Positions 51,001 to 64,000 of a stretch of 64,000 nt of DNA are shown piece after piece. The DNA comes from Lama glama. Taxonomy: Eukaryota. The notes below the pieces were generated by a model. It was not told where the DNA came from. It saw only the letters and a program-made list of their open reading frames with translations, and ran no database searches. The stretch lies in NCBI GenBank assembly GCA_028534125.1, contig CM052817.1, forward strand, positions 92,010,001-92,074,000, written 5' to 3'. The position numbers were made by a program, and so were the translations under genes. Every line of letters starts with the position of its first letter. Position 1 is the first letter of the stretch.

Positions 51001-51719
51001 ATCGAGAACAATGTCTGTAATCAAAACAATGATCAATGTGCACCATGATGCAAGAGTTACAATATGTTTATTCAAGGAAAGTTTATACCCAGTTACTGAA
51101 ATTCAACTTCCGCCAGCAATGTTTGCCAACATAGATCTATCTGCCTCCTATTTAATGAAAAATTAAAAAATCTGATGTTCAGAATGGAATGGTCCTCACG
51201 AGGAAGGCGGTTACCTCTTTCTTCACAAATGGTCACCTTAGTCCACGGCTTGTTACTTAAGACTTTATTTGGTGTTGGCAGAAATTGCCACTAACTGGCA
51301 AAAGGAACGAAGAAGAGAAGGACAATATGGTGCCTGTATATTGCAACTGCCACAGAGCCCAGTGTTTTGACATTGTTACAGAAACAAACTCAACTATTTA
51401 TGAGAGCTAAGTTGAATCAAACAGTTGGTGTGGCAGAAAAAAACATCTGTGAAGTCTTTTTGTCTAGAAAGTCACTGAGAAAAGGAGGAGGAAGCACAGC
51501 AATCACACAAGCACAAATACCTTCAAAAAATCATAAATAGCACTGTCGAGGGGGAACAGATACCTCCCCCACCATTGTAACACCACCTAGCAGACATGGC
51601 TACCCAGGAGTCTCTGGCAATGCCTCACTGTGGACAGCTAGCTCTTCTGGAGGGTGGAAAGTTCCCTCTTTACACACAAAAGGGGCTTTTTAAAATTTAT
51701 TATTTTGAATATAATATCC

Positions 51720-51815
51720 TTCTGACTCAGATACTCTTGGGATGGGGCCAAGCGATATGTGTTTCAACAAGCCCTCCAGGTGAGTTTGACCCAACCTAGC
51801 GTTTAAGGACCAGTG
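51720..51815. mobile_element. MER5A-like hAT-Charlie half element
   Basis: ttctgactcag...gggatggggccaagcgatatgtgtttcaacaagccctccaggtga...gtttaaggaccagtg. Confidence 0.8.
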
Positions 51816-52304
51816 TTATCCACTAAATGGGTCTGCAAGTCTGTGCTCCTAGTGTTTTCTGTCTGCTTTCAATGGGTTTTCCTTCTATTTGCTATTGAGT
51901 TATTACTTTTATCTGCCCACCATGGATCTACCTCTATTCCTTCTTCTCCTTTCCAATTTGCTCCTTTCCAATTTTTTCTAATCTGCTACAGCCTTAGAAA
52001 TCATTGTCACAGTTGTTAAAAATCATGTGTAAAACACAAATATGTACAAATGAAATGAAGCAAGAACTGCATGAGAAGTGGGCAAGCATCCTACGAGGGA
52101 AGTGCATAGTTTTCCGACAAAGATTTTCAGTATCTATTTTGGCTATCTGGTTTTTCTGCTTACTTTCTTAATTGTGCAATATTTACTTGTTTTAATCCCT
52201 AATCAGTATTGGAGGTCACTGAATAACTGAGTTCCAGTAGCTGAAATGTGTCTGCGGTTTATAAGTGAGTCACTGCAACATTCATCTTAGTATTTTTAAC
52301 ATAA

Positions 52305-52525
52305 GTATTATCACTACCATTCATTAAATATTTGCTCTGTGCCAGACACTGTGCTCTAAGTACTTCACATATATTATTTACTTAGATCCACACGAGAAGA
52401 AGTAAGGTATTATTATCCCCATTCTACACGAGGAAACAAGTGGCGCAGAGCTATTCAAACTTACATACGATCACAAGGTTATTAAGAAGCAAGCCAGAAC
52501 TCAGGTTAGCCAGATTCCAAAGCTG
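52305..52525 (-). mobile_element. MIR SINE
   Basis: ctgtgccagacactgtgctctaagtacttcacatat...ggtattattatccccattctacacgaggaaac. Confidence 0.85.
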
Positions 52526-55424
52526 CCTTTTTCCTTCTTTTTTCCTTCTTCTTATTTTTTCTTTTTTTTTTTCTTTTCAATACCAATGGGCTGTGTAGCA
52601 AAGAGACAGCCAGGGGTGAACTCAAAACTTAGAAGAAGGGTGGGGGTGGGGAGGAATCTAAAGAGTGGGACAAGACTGTGATATATGGTCAATGTTCAGA
52701 AAAGGAATAGATGCGACCTTCCTACGAAAGAATCAAGAAAGACAAATGATTCAAGTCATGTCATTCTCTCTGCAAAGTTAAAACCTGCCAGTGTCCACGG
52801 TAAGAGAGGCTCTCCCACTTCCTGCCAGGGACTCACTGTGGGGTGCTGTCAGCACTTTCTCTGCTTCCTGTGTGAAGCCGACCCACATCTGGGATGGCCT
52901 TAAAGGACTTCCTGATCTATTTCCCACAGGGTTCCAACTTCCCTTTTATACTCTACTTTGGGGCCCTTACAGTTATTATTTAAGCTTGTTTAAAGCATCC
53001 ATAATCTTTATATTCATAAACATCATGAGGTCAGAATCTTCTGGCAGATGGCAGAGATACTGTAACTGATAATAATTGACCATCTAGAATTCTATAAATT
53101 GAAATATCCTCTCTTTACTTCTTACTTTGTTTGCTTACTCGCTTTTCTTAAAAAGTAAAAGGAAAGGGACTCCAAGTTCTCTGTTAGTCTAAGATTTCGC
53201 TAACCATACAGTAGCATTATGAAGCGATGTTCAGCGTTCTCTAAAATATTTCATGTACAAACAGATGCTATGGGCATGTTGAAAAGAGAGATCCCTTAAG
53301 AATGCGTGTCATGAAGGATCAAGGCAGGCTGTGTGCTCCTCTCTTCTCCCTCCTTAGAGCTGCTGGGAAAACTCCATTTCTTACTGAAGAACTCAGAAGC
53401 AAACTTCTTATTTCATCAACTGGATTGTGATCCATATTTAATCACATAAATGAGTCTCTCTGCTTTCTAAATTTCAAACAATCCCCTTTGATTTGATTCT
53501 TTGAAGAAACTGATCCTTAAGGAGGTATTTCAAGAAAAAAAAATGCGTCTTCCAAAGTACCTATAGGAGTGATCAAATTGAGGGGGAACCATCTAATTGT
53601 TTCATAAGTGAGATATCATCACATTCTGATTTATTAGAGGACACGTAAGAAACGCGTTACAAGCCTTGTGTGTTTTGATGAGGAAGACGTAAGACAAAAT
53701 GTAAGGGGAACACAATCTTATAGAAAGTTTAGCGAATTGGCAGTGTCTCAAAGTGCTCTATCAAAGGCTTTTGCTATTGCTGTATATGTTTCTGTTGTTT
53801 GTGATTGGGCTAGAGGTGGCTTTTTGCCATTCTTCACCTCAAGAACTAGTTTGTCTAGATGAGTGGGGAGAGGTAGAGAGTAGGCATCGGGCTTGGGCCC
53901 TCTGGTTCTTGGCAGATCAGTAAAGAAGAAGACATGGGACCTTCTGACACAGCTGTGGCCTGATCCTCTGTGGAAGCCAGTGTTTCACAGTATCGTGTAC
54001 TGATCAGCTCAGGCTGTCCAACGGACGCACACACCTTCCTCCTCTATCTCCTTATCACAAAAACAATCGCTTCCTTTCTCATGACCCTCATCCCTCCTTA
54101 TGTTACCCAAAACAAGAGAACAACTATGCCCTCACATTAAAGTGGGAGACTTTACTCTTTACAGCTCTCTTCTAATTACCAGAAGGTTTTCTCAAGGCTC
54201 TTTTCAAACTGCTGGAAGGCTCCAACCACTCCAAACTTCCCATCTCCTAAAACTGAAAATTATTTCACCCAAATCAACAAATGTTTACATCACAGGAATC
54301 ACATTTTTCAGACCACCATTCTGTCTGGATTGAGGCGGTCTCTTTCACTGACATGTAAAGATATTTACAGGGCAGAGCTCATCATCCCTGAAGGCATCTC
54401 CACCATTAAATACCAAATCTTCAAAACGAAGCAGAAGTAAAAGACTTGTTTTTCTATAGAGAATTTGCCAGCAAAATCCAACAGCCACTTTGTGATGGGT
54501 ATATATATGGAAGTGAAAGTATGAATTGTTATTAAATTCTCAGTTGTGTTAGGAATTATGGTTTGCTTTGACTTTCCCTTGTAACATTCCATTAATGTCA
54601 AATTCCATCTCTCTTTTTAAGCTTTTTCTTTTTCTGATACACATTGCTAGTATTTATTTTATTGAAGCAGAAGGAAAATAAATACAATAATTGCACATAT
54701 CAGCTGGCTCTACTGATGATGCTGTTTTTCATATAAAATGCAGCCGATTCCTTTTGCCTTTGGAAATAGGAGCAGCCTTTCACTCACAGAGCTGTAACTT
54801 TTCAAAATCAATGTCTCTCTGCTTTACTATCTTCGAGACCTTCTGGATTAAACTCAGTCCAGACAATGTCTGCTGACCTTCACAAATCATCAGCCTTGCA
54901 AAGCTAACAGAGTTTGCTGTGAGAATTTGGGCTTTGACTCATCTGTGTTAAGATTTTTGAAACCTTTGGCAGAGCCCTGCCTTCAGAGTCTCTCCAAGCC
55001 TACACAAGCATTGTAAGTTTTGTTCCTTCTTTAAAAAGTAATCTAACGTGTGAAAATCCAAAGCTGTAGATCAGCTGGATCTATGTGAGATTACTCTCCT
55101 CTTTCCAGTCCCCTCGCCACCAGGTTCCTGGCACCTCCATCAGACAGAAGCACACCAAAGCCCCGCTCCTGGCATGACAAGGCTGCTCAATCAGTGAATG
55201 ACAGAAGAATTTACTCAAGGTCTTCCTTGACCTAAGAGCTTAAAAGTCAGGCCTCTGAGTCAGTGCACACTGTTAGCAATGATTGATTTATCCCAGTTTT
55301 CAAGGACACATCCATGTGTCTCATGCACTAGGCGATCCAAAGGATGGGTGAAGATAAGTGAATCAGATGTACAAAACATCCCAGATTAGACCTTTGCCTT
55401 TCAAGACTGGTGTGTTAGAATCAG

Positions 55425-55630
55425 AATCTGGAAAGGGCACAGATTTGAGCAGTAAACAGGCCTGATGAGTGTGATTCATAACTTTGTTACTGGCCAGGGC
55501 TGTAACTACTCTGAGCTTTGATTTTCTAACAATGGCAGGGGGGATATTACTTCTAAAGTTGCAGTGAGGAGTAAATTAAGTAGCTCATGTAGAAGACACA
55601 TAGTGAAGGCCGGCTCCTAACGTGCGCTGG
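55425..55630 (+). mobile_element. MIR SINE (degenerate)
   Basis: ctctgagctttgattttct...aagttgcagtgaggagtaaattaag...catgtaga. Confidence 0.6.
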
Positions 55631-57339
55631 TTCCCTGAATAAACGTCTGCCTCTCTCTGCTTGCTATCCGTAACAGAGGTTTTAAGAAGCCTCATTCTGA
55701 CAGGTACAGAGTTCTCTCTCAAATATCCACCTCTCAGACCACAGAGATCCATGGATTGCCCAATTTGACATGAATGTGGATAGATGTGCCCTGGGAATTA
55801 ATCTAAGAAGGAGTTCCACCTTAGTTCAGAATACAAGTATATCCATAAAAATAGGAGCAGGGTAAAAAATCGTACTGCTGAAAATGACAAATGTGAAGTT
55901 TGGGGATTCAAAGCTGAATCATCACAAAATAATAAATGGTGTTAAGTGAATCCCCCTGTATTACCACTAAGGTCACCAGAGGCCGGGAATACGTGTATCA
56001 CTGGAGGCAGGTGTAGGAGCTGCTGTAGAAACCTACAGCCTGACCTGGTCTGGAATAGCCAAGCCCTCGGCAGGCACGGCCAGGACTGCCCCAGATTCCC
56101 CACCGCTTCTAGCTGCCATCTCCTTTTTGGGTGATCCCACCCAGTTTAAGTCTTGATTAGTATCACTTTGAACCTAATATCTTTTGATCAGTGTTGAGAG
56201 ATGAACCACAAATCTTTTTGTGCCAATTATTCCGACACAGAATGAGGGGGATTTTATACCACACAGGCTATTTTTCATCTCAAAGACTTCCAAACTTTTA
56301 TGTAAATGGATTAGGGCCAGCATCCCTTACATGAGCAATATCCACAATGTTCAGCTATGAATCCCTGAATGATACATTCTGGCATGCTTTTTCTCCAAAC
56401 TCCAAGGCTTTCTGGAATATTTTCACTAGTTTGGAAGTGGGGAGAGGCACTCAGGATAGTAAGGAAGGAAATCACTAAACATTACAGCTGCAATGGGTCA
56501 TGGGAAGTGTGTGTGCATGAGATGGGGGGTGGTGGGGAATGAATGAGAAAGATGAAAAGGGAAAAAGAAAGGAACAGAGGAAAAGAGATCCAAGGCTCTC
56601 AGAAAGCATTCCATTCCCTCTACTGCTCAGGTACATGACTTCAGTTATCAAAATGGCCAAGAGTTTGCAAATCTGTCACACAGATTCTCAGAGAAGTGCT
56701 GAGGGTAGCCACAAAATCAGGGAAGGGAGACCCCGTAAGTTATACTTACTACACAACTTGCTAACAATTTCTATATGTTATTAAGTTGTAACGCCCGAGA
56801 ATAAAAAGGTCATTGGAGTGGGGAGGGTATGGTTGATAGTACTGAATTCTTAACACAGCACAGTTTTCTGTGCTGTCTCTACCATTCTAGAAAAAAGCAC
56901 ACTCAGCTGCCAAGTGCAGGCAGCTCTTCTATTTGTGATAATAAATAGAAACAATACTGAATTTTTCCCTGTATTTAGAGTTTTCAAACATTTAAAATGT
57001 ATACTTTAGGTACTACATAAATGTCAATCTTATCCTTATTTTAACTGCTTTTGGCGAACAGAAAAGGAAGGATAAATTGAGGAATAAAGATCATACAATA
57101 ACCACAAAAAATAGTGGTAATTTTTTAATGACTATAGAAATCACTACATAGAAAATATTATTTGGAATTCAACTCACTTCTAAATTAAGTGACCACTGTT
57201 AACACTGCACTATATACAGATTATAGACTATGATCCTTCCCAATAAAATTAGTTTTTTAAAAAACCATTAAACCACACAATATTTGGCATTAAAATGTGA
57301 AGATTTTAAAATTTTGCATGCAAAGTTGATTCCTGTAAT

Positions 57340-57804
57340 TATAATAGCCATTCCTAAAACTCAGTGGCTTACAACAACCATTTTGTTTTAGTGAGTCAAG
57401 AATTTGGGAAAGGCTCATTGCATCAGCAGAAGGCTCCACAGGGTTGGCCACCCAACATGGTTCTTCTGCATGGCAGGCAAGTGACAGGAGCTGTTGGCTG
57501 GGGGTTCTACTGGAGCTGTCAACACAGAGTCTACCTCCAGCCTCTCCGGCACAGTAGTGTCAAGGTGGCCGGACTTCTTAGGCTACACTGGACTCCTCCA
57601 GAGCAAGGGTCCCAGAGACTAAATGAAAGTTACCACGGACTTTTCTGACCTAGCTTTGGAAACCTTTGGTCACAAAGCATGATTTCCATGTATTCTATTG
57701 GTCCAAGGAGTCACAAGCCCACCCAGATGCAGAGAGATGCAGACCTCCCCTCTCAATGGGAAGAGTGTCAGAAAGTTTGGGTGCCATGCTTTACAACTGT
57801 CACA
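57340..57804 (-). mobile_element. MaLR solo LTR (MLT1H-like)
   Basis: cctaaaactcagtggcttacaacaacca...gtcaagaatttggga...ttttctgacctagct...tattctattggtc...gtcacaagcccacccagat...atgggaagagtgtca...caca. Confidence 0.88.
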
Positions 57805-58159
57805 ATGGTTCTGTCAGTCTTTGCGTTCTCCATCATTCTTTGCAGATAGTTTAATTTGTGTCCATAAACCTCAGCGCACACAGGCTTTGTACCTAACAAG
57901 TGTTTGATAAATGTCTAAAAGGCATATCATGAGTACTTTTCTTAGAGGGAAGAGTAGGGCATGGCCATGAACTTGAAAGTCAACTCACAAAGGAGTGTTC
58001 AAATATCTGGGGTGTATCTGAGTGCTTAACCAAGGGTCTCTGCCTAGGCACCTTTCAGACTAATTGGGCCAGTTCTTTTATTTGCAAGAATGAAAACAGG
58101 CATATTCAGTATAAAGAATCCAACCAAGAGCTTACTCTATCAGCTTTTAAGTGAGAAAA

Positions 58160-58390
58160 CTGTGGAGTTGAATTCTGACCCTATCACTTGCAAACTGGGC
58201 CCTAAAATGTGATGCTGCATCCCTCTTAAAATCTGGTCTCTCATTTTTAAAACAATAGCAAAAATACCACCTATCTCATATTGCTGTCATGAGGATTAAA
58301 TGTGTAAATACCTATAAAAGGCTACGACTAAGACCAGACACGTAGTTGTCACACAGTAAATATGTGCTGGTTTTGTATCATTATTACTAT
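58160..58390 (+). mobile_element. MIR SINE
   Basis: aaataccacctatctcatattgctgtcatgaggattaaatg...cacgtagttgtcacacagtaaat. Confidence 0.75.
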
Positions 58391-58994
58391 TCAAAAATTC
58401 TTAGACCATTCCATAGTATGTGGTAAGCACTCCATAAAGGTTAACTCTTAATATAACCCAACTAACCCTCACCTTGTCCAGTTTCTATCCTCTCTCTACC
58501 TTTCCTCTACACCCAAAAAATAAGGGGTTGCTGACAAAATTCACAATTTGACGGATCAGACTTTCAGAACTTCATACCCTCCTTCTTTCTGTTCTGAAAA
58601 ATGCAAAAAAGAACAATGGAAATGTCCAAAGATGGGTAACTTTAAGAAAGATCAGGCTTTGTTTGTTCCTTGAGTAACCATACAATCAATATGTGATTTT
58701 ATCAGCTTGGACTTGACCTAAGAAAACAATTTTCAACTTGATTGTTGCAACTTCAAAATGCTATTATCTTGTAGAAGGCAAAGTATGGAGTCTTTCTCTT
58801 TTGATGAGTTTTAACTATAGCGTGGCTGCCTCTTTCTTCAGCAGAGGAGATAGGACCAAGGAGCAAAATTCATGTGGTATGTCTAGAGGTGTGATGCTAA
58901 GAAAGGAGAAGGAGGGATGACTTTTGTAGCAGAGGGCCTACCTATCAGCATATGTAATTAAATCATTCTACAGAGAAGGATAACACTGCAGTTG

Positions 58995-59273
58995 TCTTCT
59001 TTTTCTGTTTTATAAATAAGTTCATTTGTTTCAATTTTTCTTAGATTCCACATATAAGTGATATTGTATGGTATTTGTCTTCCTCTGTCTGACTTACTTC
59101 ACATAGTATGATAATCTCTAGGTCCATCCATGTTGCTCCAAATGGCATTATTTCTTTCTTTTTATGGCTGAATAGTATTCCATTGTGTATATATCACATC
59201 TTCTTTATCTAGTCATCTGTCTATGGACACTTAGGTTGCTTCCATGTCATGGCTACTGAAAATAGTGCTGCTA
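58995..59273 (-). mobile_element. Cetartiodactyl-type L1 fragment (ORF2 end and start of 3' UTR)
   Basis: ttagattccacatataagtgata...gacttacttcac...tctaggtccatccatgttgct...atggacacttaggttgcttccatgtc. Confidence 0.92.
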
Positions 59274-59887
59274 GTTGGTGTTTTTTTTTTTTAATGCTAA
59301 TCTAAAGACAGGCCAGACTCTTAAATTCTGTGACAACATTCACCGTTGCATTTCTGAAACCCACTTCAGTATTTAGCACTTAGCAAAGGCTTCAGAAGTA
59401 TTTGCTGAATGAGTTGCATACATTCATGTTAAAATAAATGCCTACAAAAGGAACCCTCTAAATGTTTTAATCAAAGTAAGTACTTTGACTTTGAGGCCTA
59501 CAGAGCATCTTATTTTAGTCTATTATAATCTTGTTTTTCCATTATGAAAAAGTTTCTCCCTTTTGAAAAGGAGCTTACTTTTTCAGTTCACTGATGACGA
59601 TCATCAGGAAAAAGGAGAACACATTCTGGAGGGGAAAAAGGCAAGCATCAAAAGTGAAGGCAGCACCCCCAAAACAAGCAAACAAACTGCACAGCAGCTC
59701 TGCAGCCGACACCCAAGAACCAAAATGAAATTAGCCTTTGATTATTTAGCAAAGACTAAATTAGAACATTGACAAATAAGTCCTTGAGATAAAAATGGCA
59801 CCTACAAGGCAATGAACAAGCTGTAAAGCCTCAACAGGAAGCAGGCAAGTGTCTTCAAGTGAGCCCCTGAGAGGGGAGGGCACCTAC

Positions 59888-60620
59888 CGAAGGCAGCTCC
59901 AGGCTTGCGCCTATTGTTATCCGTATTTGAACCTGACTGAGCCTCCAGCACACACAGAAATGATTTCCCCCTCCTGCTTCTGGTCAAGGTAGTTAGTTTT
60001 AAAAAAAAAAATCACAGGAAAGCAGAAATGTCCCTTCCCTCTCTGTGGGGGAACCTCCTTCATGCTACAGACCGCACAGCAGTGTCTGGCTGGCCAGCCT
60101 GCTTGCCAGCCTGGGGTCCTTATGAGAACTGCCAAACTTCCCACCGCAGACAACAGCGAGCCACGGAAATCGAAGGGCGGCATCCTTCTGCCCCCAACTC
60201 CAGCTTCCAGGATCACTTTCCTAAGCCTCAACCTCTGGAGCCTCCTTTATCTCTCAATTCCTGGGGATTCATACAGTGCCTTGTCATTGTTTGGGAGGAC
60301 AAAAACAACTCGTAGTTTCTCAACAGCTGTCTGGAAGCGCTGCCGCGGAGGAGACACGTGTGCGCAGCGCACGCGCATACACACACACGCACACACTCAT
60401 TCACTACTCGCCCCCCCAACCTCATCCTCAGAAACACCATCCACACGGGCTGCATGCTGCCCTGAACTTGGGCCATCCAGCTGATTCCGCCAGCTTTTTC
60501 CTGGAGATACATTCCTGCACCTCCAGGAAACCGGGTGGGAGCCAACGCTTGCCCAGCTGTCTAATTTTACAGCTTTTACGCGGAAGTGAGACCCACTCCC
60601 ACATTCCTGCTGCCCCTCTG
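59888..60620 (-). promoter_or_regulatory. CpG-enriched candidate promoter with minus-strand non-coding first exon
   Basis: About 23 CpGs in 60070-60585; CACGTG 60355-60360; NRF1-type GCGCACGCGCA 60367-60377; ETS-type GCGGAAGTG 60580-60588; two ACATTCCT sites; donor TCG|GTAGGT (exon end 59888). Confidence 0.45.
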
Positions 60621-60704
60621 AGCTTTAACTATTAACAACAGAGCGAATAAAGAGGCCCACTTTTTGAACACTGAGAAATCCAAAGTGGCAGAGAGTAAAT
60701 ATCA

Positions 60705-60720
60705 ACACACACACACACAC
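60705..60720. repeat. (AC)8 microsatellite
   Basis: Seen directly. Confidence 0.95.
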
Positions 60721-61460
60721 CAGCCCAGGACTTAAAAAAAAAAAAATCACTTCATTTCTTACATCCACAGCCTCACAATAATCATACTTTTAAAAAATGA
60801 TGAAAATGTATCATCAAACATCCTCTGTCAGATTCAATAACTGAATTTTTCATATTTATAATTTTACAAGGACCAGGATTTTTTTTTAAAGAGCATCTGC
60901 CTTATGTTCTCAGTGACCAGCTGGACAGATGGTCAGGAATATCATTAGTTAAGAAAGCTCTCATTCATTCTCTGAAAGTCCCTTGGGCAGGCTGGTGTGG
61001 GGGGCAAGAATGTCGCAGAATGCGTTATTTGAAGAATGTGTGTGTGTCTGAGATATGAGGCCAGGCAGTGGGCGTGGGGGTGCAGGGGGAGGAACACACA
61101 GCCAGTTGTGATCCAAGCAGCAACCACGAACACCTCAGCAGTGGTATGTCACCCAGACACTTCCGCCTTCCATTCCTGCCGGTCCCTCAGCAGTATTAAT
61201 AGTGAAGAAAACCATTTAGAGGTCACCATTGCTGCCAGTAATTCCTCCCTCTCTAGATGTGACTACCTCCCCCTTGGAAAACTATGAAGGGACCTGGAAG
61301 AGGCTATGTTCACTGAAACTGTCACCTCTCTGGCACCTCTTCTGGGTTCACAGGAAAGATGTCAAAAGAAACAGGGAGTCTGATGTGTTCATCTCAATAA
61401 TAGTGATTCCAGGGTAAAATGTCTCAAGTTTAAGTCACCACTCCACCTGGGTGACACAGA

Positions 61461-61477
61461 GTGTGTGTGTGTGTGTG
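61461..61477. repeat. (GT)8 microsatellite
   Basis: Seen directly. Confidence 0.95.
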
Positions 61478-62124
61478 AAGGGGGAGACAGAGGATGACAA
61501 CGGGATTTAATGAATCTGATGGGAGGACCAGAATCAACAGATCTGCAACTGTCTGGGTCTTCTGTACCAATTTATATCTACCTTTCCAGCTAAATCTCTT
61601 ATGAACTTCCATTAGAGGGACTCTGGGACAGCAAATGAGTTCCTTGGCCCTTTGGATCTGTCTTCCTACTGGGCACTGAGCACCCACTGGGTGTGAGGTG
61701 CTCTACCAGGAACCCATAGGAATACAAGAGGAGCAGAGGTGTGGGGTCACCAGCTGGCCATTTCAGGAGAGAGAGTGCACAGGAACAGACATTAATCAAC
61801 ATTCATAGTTTCAGACGCTGGAGAAAATTGTCATCATAATCACTCATACATTGCTTTTTGCCAACAACTCACACTGGCACTTTGGGAAGATCTAAGAAAT
61901 CAGTGAGAAATCTTATGGGTTAGGTAGGAACCAGGGTCATCAAAGCCAAACAAGAGGCCAGGTTCAAAGCAGGGAGCAAAGAAATCAGAAAAGAATGGAC
62001 ACATCTGATGAAGGAGAGGGTGACTGTCCATCTCCCGCTGGTTCCAGCTCTCCCTGGTTCTTGGAGAACATCTCAGGCAGAATCCTCAGCTGCCACCACA
62101 ACTGGCCTCCAGCAGGACAAAACT

Positions 62125-62395
62125 AATAACAACAGTAACAACAATTGCTTCCCGGGTCCAGTGCTTACTGCTTACTAGACTCCGCACTAGGCTCAATGCT
62201 GGCAGTCCATCACTTCGTTTAATACTCTTAACGTCTCTCTGAGCCTGGTATTATTGCCAGTTTACAGATAACAAAACTGAGACTTGGAGAGGTTAAGTGA
62301 CTAACCCAAGGTCTCACTGCTAGCAGGTGACAGTGGCAGGAACCGGATCCAGGGTATGTCCCCTTCCAGTGTCAGGGCCCCTAACTGCTTCTCTA
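62125..62395 (-). mobile_element. MIR SINE, near full length
   Basis: gtttacagataacaaaactgagacttggagaggttaagtgactaacccaaggtctcactgctag. Confidence 0.9.
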
Positions 62396-63524
62396 TAAGG
62401 AGTCTTTCCGTATAACCTGGCCAAGACATGGCTGGGATTTTCGAAAATTTAACTTTACTGAAGAATTAAGAAAAAAGCAAAATAGAAATTCATGGGGGGA
62501 AAAGAACAAGTTAAAATGCAAATCTCTTGTGCTCTTAATATCAAAATCTAAACGTCTATCAATTAATTAATTCACCAACCAATTTTCCTCCCAAGGTGTT
62601 ATGAAGAACATATGATGCATGTATACGCACTTCACAGATTTTAAGCACAATATAAAAACTATGTATTATTGATTCTTTCTAGGAATAGTCTCCCTCTATC
62701 CCTCAACTCCAGGACTGTGAGGATCAAATGAGGTATTATGGCTGAGGATTCTGCTCTAGATTTTTTGGTGCCATGTTAAAAAAAAAAAAAAAAGATACTT
62801 CACATTTAAATTTTCTATCTTCAAAATGAAAATGTGGACCTATTGCTTTTATAAAACAAACAACAGAAATAAAGTTAACTAATCTCCTTGACTGGTAGAG
62901 ATCTTAAGAGGAAGGGTACACATGGAAATGGGACAAATGAGATTTTTGTGCTCAGAGTCAGAAAAGTCTCCAGTCACTTTGTACTGACTTCACAGTTTTC
63001 TTCTCTGTCTCTTCAAGGTCCCGGTCTCCGGGCCCCCGGCAGTCCTGACTTCACCTATGCCCTATTTCTCTTGGTGTCCTTTGGTTCATCCTGCTTCACT
63101 GAGGCTGTTTCTATCCTTCTCAAAAGCTCTTTTTTCTCTGCTGTTTATTCTGAGCTAGCATTTGGCCTCTCTCACCCACAGCCTCTGCACAGGAGCCGTC
63201 TTGCCCAGAAACCTGCCTGCATCTTTTCTGTCCCTTCTCACCATCCACTGCAGTTTGTTCTTCCTGAAGATGAGCTGTCCCAGGGCTGTCTGCATGTGAA
63301 TAGGGTCAGCTCCCACTCACGTGCAGACACAGAGAACACGTTCTCATCCTCAGTAAGTGCTGTTTCTATGAACCTGCCCAGTCGGCACTGCCACAGAAGG
63401 GAATTAGAGGCTGTTCCCTCCACACTCAACAAGATCTGGTGGCCCCATGTCAAAGGCAGTCCTGAAGCATCGCTCTGCTGGGGAGGCCCAGCCTTTATCC
63501 ATCACACTGCCGCTTCTCAATGTG

Positions 63525-63750
63525 CAGCTGGGTTTTGCAGTCAAACGGATTTGAATTCAAATTCCAGCTCTTGCAAAGCTCAGTGACATCAGCCAGGTCA
63601 TTAAAAAGCTCCAAGCCTTGGTTTACTCATCCTCAAAGCGGGGCTGATGATAACAGCTATGTCATGGTTCCTGAGGTATTTACTAGGGATAATGTGTATC
63701 AAATCTTTGCATGGAGGACTAGTAGTATTTATCAGAGTAGCTGCTATCCC
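63525..63750 (+). mobile_element. MIR SINE
   Basis: gggttttgcagtcaaacggatttgaattcaaattccagctct...aagccttggtttactcatc. Confidence 0.8.
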
Positions 63751-64000
63751 CTTCTCAGCAAAGCAGGGTTAAAAAACAAGTCAGCTCCTTCTGTCCCCTG
63801 ATTCTTCTGGAAATGAATCAGTTGCAATCAACAGTCTTTCCTAGAAGTTGAGATCTGAACTTCCCTTCCTTCCTCCCTCCCTCTCACTCTTTCCAAGGGG
63901 CCTGAAAATAACAGGGACAAAGAATATCAGCAAAAGACAAGAAGGCACCGTCGTGGTCAACTCCAGCACCAAGGAAAGGAAATAAGATGTTGGAATTTAA

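Noticed and set aside
56855..56876. Perfect 9-bp hairpin acagcacag-tttt-ctgtgctgt
   Set aside because: Roughly one such short stem is expected by chance in 64 kb.
62888..63586. Longest ORF (232 aa, +)
   Set aside because: TTG start, Ser/Leu/Phe-rich composition from pyrimidine-rich DNA, no recognisable domain, ends inside a MIR.
1..64000. Prokaryotic-style systems (operons, CRISPR arrays, defence islands)
   Set aside because: The sequence is mammalian and repeat-rich; there are no long ORFs and no regularly spaced repeat-spacer array.

Overview
This is mammalian nuclear DNA, not prokaryotic. It is very probably camelid, because it carries a short tRNA-Ala-derived SINE of the Vic-1 type with a target-site duplication and I see no Alu, Bov-tA/BovB or PRE1 elements. 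I can support no intact protein-coding gene. The ORF track is noise except for decayed LINE ORF2 remnants (L1 at about 8.4-10.5 kb; CR1/L3 at about 19.3-19.7 kb). The window is a mosaic of old interspersed repeats (MIR, L2, L3/CR1, L1M, MLT1 LTRs, Tigger and hAT MITEs, younger cetartiodactyl-type L1 3' ends), microsatellites and repeat-free, motif-rich blocks. Three blocks (about 60.5-59.9 kb, 41.3-40.4 kb and 0.95-0.69 kb) look like promoters, two of them ending in a minus-strand splice donor. This suggests the multi-promoter 5' or intronic region of a large minus-strand gene that I cannot name. The most unusual structure is a pair of adjacent ~50-nt hairpins at 40215-40336 that fold better on the minus strand: either a pre-miRNA-like pair or an ancient palindromic DNA-transposon relic. 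Repeat subfamily names are from remembered consensus sequences and boundaries are approximate; no searches were run.
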